Shown: one piece after another, positions 23,601-31,991 of the stretch
How positions within the stretch are numbered: the stretch's first letter is position 1
How the letters are laid out: every line of letters begins with the position of its first letter
DNA from: a virus
Direction: 5' to 3' (one strand)
Virus record (IMG/VR): IMGVR_UViG_3300032144_000021
Location: 1 to 45,936 of that record
DNA: 45,936 nucleotides
Translations under genes and position numbers: made by a program
The notes under the pieces: generated by a model
Seen by the model: only the letters and a program-made list of their open reading frames with translations
Told to the model about the DNA's origin: nothing
Database searches by the model: none

Positions 23601-23604
<4 letters not shown>
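23080..23604 (-). CDS. Hypothetical replication-module protein, 174 aa
   Basis: Internal ATG at 23604 (MTPGEKPEFVRVIVGLAAL...) forms an ATGA overlap with the DUF1376 gene stop. It occupies the lambda P position, but no Walker motif is seen. Confidence 0.5.
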
Positions 23605-24638
<1,034 letters not shown>

Positions 24639-24669
24639 ACTGCCCCCACATCAGTGCAGCCGTGCCCAG

Positions 24670-24864
24670 CTACCTGATCAGTGGCGGGGCCTCGTCGTGA
24701 GCCTCCTGAGCCGCGGCTTTGATCGCCGCGATGACGGCGTCGGCCATCTGCGCAGGGAACCAGACGACTACGTCGTCGACGCCATCCTGCTTCTGATGAA
24801 TGCGAACCTCGCCTTCTGTGCCCTGGATTTCTGTCTCGGGCATCGACGGAAACTTCTTGGCCAT
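24670..24864 (-). CDS. Hypothetical protein, 64 aa
   Basis: GGGAGG RBS about 8 nt upstream; acidic sequence. Confidence 0.55.
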   Translation of the reverse strand: MAKKFPSMPETEIQGTEGEVRIHQKQDGVDDVVVWFPAQMADAVIAAIKAAAQEAHDEAPPLIR

Positions 24865-24933
24865 GAATACCTCCCTGGGCCAGCGAGGATATCCCGGCCG
24901 CCTGTGGACGGAATAGCCGGATAACCTGTGAAT

Positions 24934-25323
24934 TCACTGCGGCCACCATCGGATTGCGCGCTTGCGCGACACGGCGCAGCGCACGGTGTTGTCTGTGGGA
25001 TTCGCCTCGGTGGAGAACTCCACGCGGCGAACGGTCGGATCCGGATTGCGCTCAGCGTCCGCGAGCTCTGGCAGCCGGCGGGCGACGGTGTAACGCTCGA
25101 TGCGCGCATTGCGCGCCAGTTCCATGCTGGTACAGCCCGGCCAGCGGCGAACGGCCGCGAGGATGCGCTGTGCATCAGACCTGGCTTGGCCGCTGCGCTC
25201 GATGGCCGCGGCTGCGTCATGGCTGCCGACGGCGTCGGTCTTCCGGGCGCGCGGAAACACGGGCGCGCCGGGGCCGAACATCGGCAGCTGGTCATCGTTG
25301 TGGTGTTGCACTCCCGGGCGCAT
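24934..25323 (-). CDS. Winged-helix-like DNA-binding protein, 129 aa
   Basis: SDAQRILAAVRRWPGCTSMELARNARIERYTVARRLPELAD resembles MarR/ArsR-type wHTH. The start could instead be the internal Met15. Confidence 0.5.
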   Translation of the reverse strand: MRPGVQHHNDDQLPMFGPGAPVFPRARKTDAVGSHDAAAAIERSGQARSDAQRILAAVRRWPGCTSMELARNARIERYTVARRLPELADAERNPDPTVRRVEFSTEANPTDNTVRCAVSRKRAIRWWPQ

Positions 25324-25419
25324 GGCTATGTCGTCCCGTCCGGCAGGTGGCGCCGCCCCTCCCCTGTCACTACGCTCGGGCGGTGTTCAGGCACCCGACA
25401 GCAACAGGAGAGGGACGAC

Positions 25420-25824
25420 ATGGAGATGGACCTGCAGAGCACGGCTCTGCTGATCAACGAGACGGGAGAATTTGTGGCCCTGCAGCTGACCGGCCGTGAC
25501 GGCCAAGTGTGGCGGGTACGCCTCCCGGCAAACCAGTTGGAGGCCCTAGGAGAAGACATCAGCCGCATGGCGCTTGATGTCCTCGCGCACAACGCGTTGG
25601 GCCCAGCCAGCGTCGTGAGGCCCGACCACGCAGGGCAGCTAGCAGTGCCACGAGCCGCTCTCGTGACTCGGCTCGGGCTGATCGGGACTGAGGACGGCTC
25701 GACGATCCTGGACTTGGAGACGCTAGATCAGGCGGTGGTTCGGCTGATGTTCGAACCCGACCGCTTCCGGGAGCTTCAGTTGGCTGTATCGGAAGCCGCG
25801 GAGATTCCCCGCAGGAAAAACTGA
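25420..25824 (+). CDS. Hypothetical protein, 134 aa, encoded antisense to the early-right operon
   Basis: AGGAG lies 10 nt upstream of the ATG at 25420. The sequence is clean (MEMDLQSTALLINETGEFVALQLTGRDGQVWRVRLPANQLEALGEDI...). The upstream part of track ORF 24928-25824 is junk. Confidence 0.6.
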   Translation: MEMDLQSTALLINETGEFVALQLTGRDGQVWRVRLPANQLEALGEDISRMALDVLAHNALGPASVVRPDHAGQLAVPRAALVTRLGLIGTEDGSTILDLETLDQAVVRLMFEPDRFRELQLAVSEAAEIPRRKN

Positions 25825-25851
25825 GGGGCATGGTGCTGGGCCACACGATGA

Positions 25852-26088
25852 TCACCTGTGTCCCCCGCCGTCCCCGCTGTGTCCACGTTTGGCCCCGACG
25901 TGTCCCTGTCGCGGGTCCATGGCCACCAGTACCTTGGCTGCATCAAGTTCACGGACAGCCATTTCATGGAGTGCATCGCGAGCCAGGTCCTGTTGAGACC
26001 GGCCGGACGAATGGGACTTACCGGCAAGCCACGCCCGCGTCTCCGGCGTGATCTTCAGTCGCTTCAGGTCGACCAGATCGGCGCTCAC
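25852..26088 (-). CDS. Ribbon-helix-helix-like small regulator (cII position), 78 aa
   Basis: LKITPETRAWLAGKSHSSGRSQQDLARDALHEMAV has a strand-helix-helix pattern. GTG start without a clear RBS. Confidence 0.45.
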   Translation of the reverse strand: MSADLVDLKRLKITPETRAWLAGKSHSSGRSQQDLARDALHEMAVRELDAAKVLVAMDPRQGHVGAKRGHSGDGGGHR

Positions 26089-26148
26089 GGGAGCACCACG
26101 TTATGCAATGCCGCCGTTGGTGCTGATGGATTGCTTCGGCCCACGAAA

Positions 26149-26355
26149 TCAGGCCCGCCGTTCGCGTGGATACAAGTCCGGACGCAGGTCGTGGCGTGAC
26201 ACGCCAGATGCACGCTCAACATCAAGAACGCGTTCGGCTGGGATCTTGCTGCGGCGCCACTTCGAAATGGCCTGAGCGGTCACGCCGACCATCGAGGCAA
26301 GTTTGTTCTGGGAACCTACTGATTCCGCAGCGATCTCGACAGGGTGCTGTTTCAT
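26149..26355 (-). CDS. cro: Cro / YdaS-family HTH regulator, 68 aa
   Basis: MKQHPVEIAAESVGSQNKLASMVGVTAQAISKWRRSKIPAERVLDVERASGVSRHDLRPDLY matches the YdaS/Cro pattern (GsQ.aLA..lGV...aVS.W....vP..r...iE..T.G.v.r.eLRPD). It is divergent from the repressor gene. Confidence 0.75.
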   Translation of the reverse strand: MKQHPVEIAAESVGSQNKLASMVGVTAQAISKWRRSKIPAERVLDVERASGVSRHDLRPDLYPRERRA

Positions 26356-26437
26356 GCCGCGGACACTACACCCGCGGTTTATGCGCGTCAACCGCGCGTT
26401 GATTGCCGCAGGTAGTGACCGGGCAGACAATCAACCT
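26356..26437. promoter_or_regulatory. OR-like divergent promoter/operator region
   Basis: Operators TCAACcgcgcGTTGA (26388-26402) and TCAACctatgGTTGg (26431-26445, running into cI). Minus strand: TTGACG-17-TAGTGT. Plus strand: TTGCCG-17-GACAAT. Confidence 0.55.
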
Positions 26438-26863
26438 ATGGTTGGCACTATCCCACAACCCAAAGCCTTCAAGTCATTCAAGGAATGGGTGACCGCGTTA
26501 AGTGAAGTCGGCGGCATCAAGCAGGTGACCATCGCCACGGCGGGTGGCACTTCCCCACAGATGGTCACGAAGTGGCGCGCCGGGTCTTCGCCTAGCATTG
26601 ATACTTTGAAGAAGCTGGCCACGGCCTTCACTGTTCCACTGCAGGACCTACGGGACCTGGTCGACGGGGTTCATGCTCCGGCCGGCAAGCCGGCAGCTGT
26701 CAATCTGACCTGTAAGACGGAGATGGGCGCAAGAGTCGGTAGAAAGTGGGAAGAACTCGACGATCCCGGGCAGACGCAGATTCTGATGCTTATCGAAACG
26801 CTGGGCGCGATGCAGCTCGAGATCAAACACGCCGAGACTCGGCGCCAGAAAACCAAAGCCTGA
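26438..26863 (+). CDS. cI: CI-like repressor, XRE-type HTH, 141 aa, with no S24 peptidase domain seen
   Basis: Internal ATG at 26438. IKQVTIATAGGTSPQMVTKWRAGSSPSIDTLKKLATAFTVPLQDL is HTH_XRE-like. It is divergent from cro. Confidence 0.7.
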   Translation: MVGTIPQPKAFKSFKEWVTALSEVGGIKQVTIATAGGTSPQMVTKWRAGSSPSIDTLKKLATAFTVPLQDLRDLVDGVHAPAGKPAAVNLTCKTEMGARVGRKWEELDDPGQTQILMLIETLGAMQLEIKHAETRRQKTKA

Positions 26864-26870
26864 GTCTGCC

Positions 26871-27212
26871 ATGAAGCCTGTGGCCCTCATCGCTTCCGTG
26901 GCTGTTGCTGTCGCGATCGCGATTCCAGCAGGGCTTTTCGCGACAGAGTATTTGCGCTCGCGCATATCGCAGCACCGCGAGGCGAATAGGCTGGATCAGT
27001 ACAAGCACACACTTGAGTCCATGAAGAAGGCCGGCGCGATCAGCGCGGCATATTGCGGCTCGACTACGTGGGTCGAGCTTCCATCAGGCGTGCAAGGGAT
27101 CACCGCGGCATCACTCGACGTCATCCGCACGGTGTGCTCTGAACATAACGAGGGCGTCACGGAAATTCGCGTGCACGACGGCAAAGGAAACTTCTTCTAC
27201 ATCGGCCCCTAG
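26871..27212 (+). CDS. N-terminally membrane-anchored protein, 113 aa (rex/sie position)
   Basis: MKPVALIASVAVAVAIAIPAGLF forms a TM anchor. It is co-transcribed with cI and has visibly lower GC than the flanks. Confidence 0.6.
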   Translation: MKPVALIASVAVAVAIAIPAGLFATEYLRSRISQHREANRLDQYKHTLESMKKAGAISAAYCGSTTWVELPSGVQGITAASLDVIRTVCSEHNEGVTEIRVHDGKGNFFYIGP

Positions 27213-27319
27213 ACAAGCCCTTCGCCTCGCCATCAACTGCTAGTTGACCGCCATCAACCGGCGGTGTAGTCTGCACTCCATCGACCCGGCCAATCCGGCC
27301 GGTAGGTAGGGACAGCAGG
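27213..27319 (+). promoter_or_regulatory. OL/PL-like operator-promoter for the plus-strand early operon
   Basis: TCAACtgctaGTTGA (27233-27247) overlaps the -35 of TTGACC (27244-27249), followed by 17 nt and TAGTCT (27267-27272). An extra TCAAC half-site lies at 27254-27258. Confidence 0.55.
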
Positions 27320-27775
27320 ATGGATATTCGGGGCAGTGCACGATTCTGGAATTCGGTCGACCTCAGCGACATAACTGGCTGCTGGCTCTGGACCGGAACC
27401 CGCAACCACAAGGGATATGGCTACTTCAGCACGGGCGGCACGCGCTACCGCGTCCACCGGCTGGCATGGCAGTTGAAGCGTGGCGCCATACCGGCCGGAC
27501 AGCTGGTCTGTCACACCTGCGATGTGCGGAACTGCATCAACCCTGACCACCTGTTCCTCGGCACGGCCAGGGAGAACAACAGCGACCGCGATGCGAAAGG
27601 CCGGCGCCGCGTTGGCAATGCGCTGAACGGCCGCGGGCTGACGACGGAGTCGGTCCGCGAGATGCGCAAGCGCCACGCTGACGGCGCGCGGCAGGTCGAC
27701 CTCGCGCGACAATTCAACTGCTCAGTGAAGACTGTTTCGAGCGTGGTCCATCGCCGTTCATGGGTGGCGGCATGA
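27320..27775 (+). CDS. HNH homing endonuclease, 151 aa
   Basis: CWLWTGTRNHKGYGYF...YRVHRLAWQLKRG...CHTCDVRNCINPDHLFLGTAREN is the classic HNH_3 pattern. Confidence 0.85.
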   Translation: MDIRGSARFWNSVDLSDITGCWLWTGTRNHKGYGYFSTGGTRYRVHRLAWQLKRGAIPAGQLVCHTCDVRNCINPDHLFLGTARENNSDRDAKGRRRVGNALNGRGLTTESVREMRKRHADGARQVDLARQFNCSVKTVSSVVHRRSWVAA

Positions 27776-28101
27776 GCGCCGTCCAGCACACGCCAGGCCC
27801 TTGGCGTCGCGTGCACAGCCATCCGGACGCAGCAACCCGTCGCGATCTGGCGTACATCACGGCACCCGGTTTCCGCGCTCCTTGCGCCATCGCGACGATT
27901 TACGGCTGCGCTCACCAGCCTGAGCAGGCAGCGAACGCCAACCTGATCGCGGCAGCGCCTGAGCTTCTGGCGGCGCTGCGCAAGGCAGAAGACATTCTGT
28001 CGCGCGTCGACCAGCACAGCATGGGGCCGCCCGGCTTCCAGACTGCCAACGAGGACGCGCTGATCGAAGTCCGCGCCGCGCTGGCGAAGGCGGTCCCATG
28101 A
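27772..28101 (+). CDS. Hypothetical protein, 109 aa (TPGPW...AAAPELL motif family)
   Basis: ATGA overlap. The HTPGPW and NANLIAAAPELLAALRKAEDIL motifs recur in small phage proteins of unknown function (memory only). Confidence 0.6.
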   Translation: MSAVQHTPGPWRRVHSHPDAATRRDLAYITAPGFRAPCAIATIYGCAHQPEQAANANLIAAAPELLAALRKAEDILSRVDQHSMGPPGFQTANEDALIEVRAALAKAVP

Positions 28102-28289
28102 CCCCCGACACCATCGCCCACCTGCTGCGCCTGTGCATAGCGCGCCGTGCAGAAATCACCGGTGCCCTGACCTCGGCGCGGACGGCACTGCCGGCCGGCT
28201 CGCCGGGCATCGGCTCGCTGGAGGCCGAGAAGCGCCTGAACGATCAGGCCATCACGGATCTGGAAACGCAGCTGCGGGTGGCCGCGTGA
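28098..28289 (+). CDS. Hypothetical protein, 63 aa
   Basis: ATGA overlap with the upstream gene. Confidence 0.5.
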   Translation: MTPDTIAHLLRLCIARRAEITGALTSARTALPAGSPGIGSLEAEKRLNDQAITDLETQLRVAA

Positions 28290-28405
28290 TGCGCGCCGCC
28301 ATCGAATCCGCCGTCGTGGTGCTGTTCTTCCTGCTGGTGCTGCTGGTGGTCCGCCAGCTCGAGAAGTACCCGCCCGACCGCTATCCCATGGACGACGCGC
28401 CATGA
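28289..28405 (+). CDS. Small membrane peptide, 38 aa (below ORF-track cutoff as a separate gene)
   Basis: MRAAIESAVVVLFFLLVLLVVRQLEKYPPDRYPMDDAP. Its start overlaps the upstream TGA and its stop overlaps the next ATG. Confidence 0.45.
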   Translation: MRAAIESAVVVLFFLLVLLVVRQLEKYPPDRYPMDDAP

Positions 28406-28587
28406 GGGCCGCGCTGCTGCGCGTCCGCGAAGTGACCGACACGCGCACCGCCGAGCAGCTGGAGCGCGGCCGCGCCATCGCGCAGGAGCAGGCCGACGTC
28501 GCCCTGGAAACCGAATGGCGGACGCGAGTGCGCCGAAACCTTCAGCGCCGATTCCATGACGGCCGCTACCACCCCGACCAACTGTAG
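28402..28587 (+). CDS. Hypothetical protein, 61 aa
   Basis: Coupled start; charged helical sequence. Confidence 0.5.
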   Translation: MRAALLRVREVTDTRTAEQLERGRAIAQEQADVALETEWRTRVRRNLQRRFHDGRYHPDQL

Positions 28588-28599
28588 GAGCACGAGACG

Positions 28600-29439
28600 A
28601 TGGGAACACCCGCACGACGAAACAGCCCCGCACCTGCCGAAGCCACGCCACCGGCGCAAGCCCCCAATCGCACCAGCCTGGTGGCGAAGTTCGCCGGTCG
28701 GTTCGGTGTCGATGCCGACAAGATGCTGTCGACGCTGAAGGCCACCGCATTCCACACCGGGAACGGTAAGCCGGAAGTCTCGAACGAACAGATGATGGCG
28801 CTTCTGGTCGTGGCGGATCAGTACAACCTGAACCCGTTCACGAAAGAGATTTACGCCTTCCCCAGCGACAAGGGCATCGTGCCGATTGTCGGCGTCGACG
28901 GCTGGATCCGGATCATCAACGAGCACCCGCAGCTCGCTTCGATCACCTTCGCCTATCCAGAAGATGACACTCCGGTAGAGGACTACTACGTCGAGTGCAC
29001 CATCACCCGGAAGGACCGCGACGAACCCATCGTCGTGCGCGAGTACCTGTCGGAGTGCAAGCGCAACACCGGACCATGGAACAGCCACCCGCGGCGGATG
29101 AACCGCCACAAGGCGCTGATCCAGGGCGGCCGCATCGCCTTCGGGTTCGCCGGGATCCATGACCCGGACGAGGCCGAACGCATCCGCGACGCCATGGCCA
29201 TCGACAGCACGGCCTCGGAAGTGCACGGCAAGCCGGCCACCGCCACCCCGCAGCCGACCGCAGCCGCGGCCGCGCAGCTGACGCATGTCCCGGTCGACGA
29301 GCTGCAGCAGCTGCTCGACAAGTCGGGATGCCCGGAGAACGCATTCTTCGCGCATTTCGAAATCGGGGCGATGAACGAGCTGCCGCTGAACCAGGTGCAG
29401 GCCGCCCGCGACTACCTCGGCAGCATCAATGCTGGCTGA
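28600..29439 (+). CDS. bet: Single-strand annealing recombinase, lambda Bet / RecT family, 279 aa
   Basis: ADQYNLNPFTKEIYAFPSDKGIVPIVGVDGWIRIINEH...GPWNSHPRRMNRHKALIQGGRIAFGFAGIHDPDEAERI is near-collinear with lambda Bet (ANQYGLNPWTKEIYAFPDKQNGIVPVVGVDGWSRIINEN...GPWQSHPKRMLRHKAMIQCARLAFGFAGIYDKDEAERI). Confidence 0.9.
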   Translation: MGTPARRNSPAPAEATPPAQAPNRTSLVAKFAGRFGVDADKMLSTLKATAFHTGNGKPEVSNEQMMALLVVADQYNLNPFTKEIYAFPSDKGIVPIVGVDGWIRIINEHPQLASITFAYPEDDTPVEDYYVECTITRKDRDEPIVVREYLSECKRNTGPWNSHPRRMNRHKALIQGGRIAFGFAGIHDPDEAERIRDAMAIDSTASEVHGKPATATPQPTAAAAAQLTHVPVDELQQLLDKSGCPENAFFAHFEIGAMNELPLNQVQAARDYLGSINAG

Positions 29440-29998
29440 CCTGCAATTCGACGCCGAGCTTCACGAGTACCGCGTGGGCGGTATTCGCTGGCCCGGCGTT
29501 ACGCAGGTGCTGGAGCCGCTGCAGCAGCTGGAAGGTATCCCGCTGCACATCCTGCAGGCGGCCGCCGCGTTCGGACGGAACGTCCACGCGGCGTGCCACC
29601 TGCATAACCTCGGCATTCTCGACGAGGCGCAGCTGGATCCGGCGCTGCGCCCCTATGTTCACGCATGGCAGCAGTTCCTGCGTGACACCGGCGCCGCCGT
29701 GATCGAAAGCGAGAAGCGCGTATGCCATCCGCGGCTGCGCTACGCCGGGACCATCGACACGAAATGCATCATCGCCCGCCGGCGCGAGCTCGTGGACATC
29801 AAGTCCACCGCCGTCATGCCGCGCACGGTGGGCGCACAGACCGCCGCCTATGCCGAGGCCGACGAGCCAGGCATACGCCGCCGCGTCGTGCTGCTGAAGC
29901 CGGACGGCACCTATGACGCCCGCGTCCTGAAGGAGCGGGCCGACTTTCATCTATTCCTCTCAGCCTTGAACGTCTGGAGATTCCTCAATGCAAACTGA
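29429..29998 (+). CDS. PD-(D/E)XK exonuclease partner of Bet, 189 aa
   Basis: HEYRVGGIRWPGVTQVL..., YAGTID and ELVDIKS supply D...(D/E)-x-K motifs. It lies immediately downstream of bet and overlaps it. Confidence 0.6.
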   Translation: MLADLQFDAELHEYRVGGIRWPGVTQVLEPLQQLEGIPLHILQAAAAFGRNVHAACHLHNLGILDEAQLDPALRPYVHAWQQFLRDTGAAVIESEKRVCHPRLRYAGTIDTKCIIARRRELVDIKSTAVMPRTVGAQTAAYAEADEPGIRRRVVLLKPDGTYDARVLKERADFHLFLSALNVWRFLNAN

Positions 29999-30935
29999 TT
30001 TCACGAAGGCGCCCGAAGTCATCGAGGCGAACTCACTGGCCGAGCGCACCGAAACCGCCGTCGGCAGTTTCACGATCACCACCGCGGCGCAGTACGAAGA
30101 CAGCGCCACCATGCTGCGCAAGATCAAGGCCGGCCAGAACCGTCTGGAGGAACTGCGCACCGCCATTACTGGCCCTCTGAACGCATCGCTGCGCGCAGTG
30201 AATGCCTTGTTCAAGGCCCCGGCCGAACGGCTGGAGAAAGCCGAGCGCTCGATCAAGGGTGAGATTACCCGCTACCAGAACGAGCAGGAGCGGATCCGCC
30301 AGGAGGAACAGCGCAAGGCCGACGCCGAAGCCCGTCGCCTGCGTGAGGCCGCCGAGGCGAAGGCCCGCCAGGAACGCGAGGAAGCGGAACGCAAGGCGAA
30401 GGCCGAACGCGAAGCGGCCGAGGCGAAGCGCCGCGAGCAGGAAGCCGCCGAGGCCGAGGCCCGCCGCCAGCGCGAAGCACAGGAGCGCGCCGAGCGCGAA
30501 GCAGCAGAGGCTCGCCGGCGCGGCGATGAGGAGGCCGCCCGCAAAGCGGCTGCCGAAGCTGCGACCGCTACCGCGGCACGACGCGCGGAGGAAGAGCGCG
30601 CTGCTGCTGCTGCGAAGGCTGCGCTGCGGTCCGAAACGAAGGCCGACAACATCGAGGCCCGCGGCGAGGAGAAGGCGCAGGAACTGGAACTGCAGGCAGC
30701 GTCGACCGTGGCCCCGATCATCCATCGCGAGCCGCCGAGGGTTCAGGGCGTCGCCACGCGCGAAGTCTGGAAGTTCGAAATCACCGACCCGTCGAAGATC
30801 AACCCGGCGTTTCTGATGCCAGACGAAAAAAAGATCGGCGCCCAGGTGCGCGCGCTGAAGGGCGACGCGGCCGCGCTGATCGGCGCCGGCGTTCGGGTGT
30901 GGCCGGAACGGCAGATCGCGGCAGGTGCAGCATGA
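29988..30935 (+). CDS. Coiled-coil E/A/R/K-rich protein of the recombination module, 315 aa
   Basis: A structured N-terminus (ITTAAQYEDSATMLRKIKAGQNRLEELRTAITGPLNASL), about 150 aa of EAR repeats, and a structured C-terminus. It resembles the DUF1351-type proteins found next to SSAPs (weak, memory only). Confidence 0.5.
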   Translation: MQTDFTKAPEVIEANSLAERTETAVGSFTITTAAQYEDSATMLRKIKAGQNRLEELRTAITGPLNASLRAVNALFKAPAERLEKAERSIKGEITRYQNEQERIRQEEQRKADAEARRLREAAEAKARQEREEAERKAKAEREAAEAKRREQEAAEAEARRQREAQERAEREAAEARRRGDEEAARKAAAEAATATAARRAEEERAAAAAKAALRSETKADNIEARGEEKAQELELQAASTVAPIIHREPPRVQGVATREVWKFEITDPSKINPAFLMPDEKKIGAQVRALKGDAAALIGAGVRVWPERQIAAGAA

Positions 30936-31531
30936 AGGCCCTGTTTTACGACGCCGAAACCACCGGCCTGCCGGAGTTCAGCCTGCCGAGCGACGATCCT
31001 TGCCAGCCGCACATCGTTCAGCTGGCCGCCGCGCTGGTGGACCTGGACACGCGCGCCGTCGAGGCGCGCATGGACGTGATTGTCCGGCCCGAAGGCTGGG
31101 ACATCACGCCCGACAATACGGCGATCCACGGCATCAGCCACACGCATGCGGTCGAGCATGGCATTCCGGAGTCGGACGCCGTCTTCCAGCTGGTGGAGCT
31201 GTGGCAGCAGGCGAACAAGCGCATCGCGCATAACGAAAGCTTCGATGCCCGGATCCTGCGCATCGCGCTATTCCGCCATCCGCACGCGGATCCGGACCTG
31301 TGGAAGGGCGGGTCGGCGGAATGCACGATGAAGATGGCGTCGCCGATCATGAAGATGGCGCCCACTGCGCGGATGCAGGAGTACGGCCGCAGCGGGAACA
31401 AGCCCCCGAAGCTGACCGAGGCGTACCGGCATTTCCTCGGCACGGACATGGCGAACGCACACAACGCCGCGGCCGACGTCGAAGGCTGCATGGCCGTCTA
31501 CTTCGCCATCAGAGCGCCGAGGGCGGCATGA
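30932..31531 (+). CDS. DnaQ-like DEDDh 3'-5' exonuclease, 199 aa
   Basis: Exo I FYDAETTGL, Exo II IAHNESFDARIL and Exo III HNAAADVEG are present. ATGA overlap with the upstream gene. Confidence 0.85.
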   Translation: MKALFYDAETTGLPEFSLPSDDPCQPHIVQLAAALVDLDTRAVEARMDVIVRPEGWDITPDNTAIHGISHTHAVEHGIPESDAVFQLVELWQQANKRIAHNESFDARILRIALFRHPHADPDLWKGGSAECTMKMASPIMKMAPTARMQEYGRSGNKPPKLTEAYRHFLGTDMANAHNAAADVEGCMAVYFAIRAPRAA

Positions 31532-31815
31532 ACACCACCGCCCGCATTAATCCCTGCGACGAGCTGGAAGAACGAGCCGCCGCCGGCGCGCCGCTGCGCG
31601 TGATCACCATCACGAAGGATCGAGAGAACGACTTCACGGTGCGCGAGGGCGACCGCTACTGCCCGCGCCTGTGCGCCGACGAAGCCATGGTCATGACCGT
31701 GAAGCTGCTGAACAGCGAGTTCCCGGGCTATCCGATGATGACCGCCGAGGAACACGCAGAGCGCGAACGCGAGCGGCAGACCAGGCTCGCCGCGCGGAGG
31801 GCCAGCGAATGCTAG
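31528..31815 (+). CDS. Hypothetical protein, 95 aa
   Basis: ATGA overlap; internal ATG of track ORF 31300-31815. Confidence 0.5.
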   Translation: MNTTARINPCDELEERAAAGAPLRVITITKDRENDFTVREGDRYCPRLCADEAMVMTVKLLNSEFPGYPMMTAEEHAERERERQTRLAARRASEC

Positions 31816-31991
31816 TCCTCACCCGCAAAGTCGGCGAAGCCATCTGCATCGGCGACGACGAGCGCGTCGTGGTGCTGGGCGTGAAGGGCAACCAGGTGCG
31901 CATCGGCGTGCACGCGCCACAGACGACGAAGGTCCGGCGCGAGGAACTGGTGGAGCGGGACGCCGCAGAAGAACGGAAGCGTTCGGCATGA
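31809..31991 (+). CDS. csrA: CsrA/RsmA-family RNA-binding translational regulator, 60 aa
   Basis: [47 protein letters not shown] versus E. coli Csr[48 protein letters not shown] gives 31/48 identical by my count. Confidence 0.9.
   Translation: MLVLTRKVGEAICIGDDERVVVLGVKGNQVRIGVHAPQTTKVRREELVERDAAEERKRSA

Noticed and set aside
24928-24937. Perfect 10-bp palindrome GTGAATTCAC at the 3' end of the wHTH gene
   Set aside because: It is a single short palindrome overlapping a stop codon, with no partner sites, so it could be chance.
30250-30700. Apparent DNA repeat and multiple long ORFs on both strands in the GAG/GCC/CGC-rich stretch
   Set aside because: It is the E/A/R/K coiled-coil segment of the 315-aa protein. 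The alternative-frame and antisense ORFs (30033-30725, 30202-30816, 30272-30721) are compositional artefacts.
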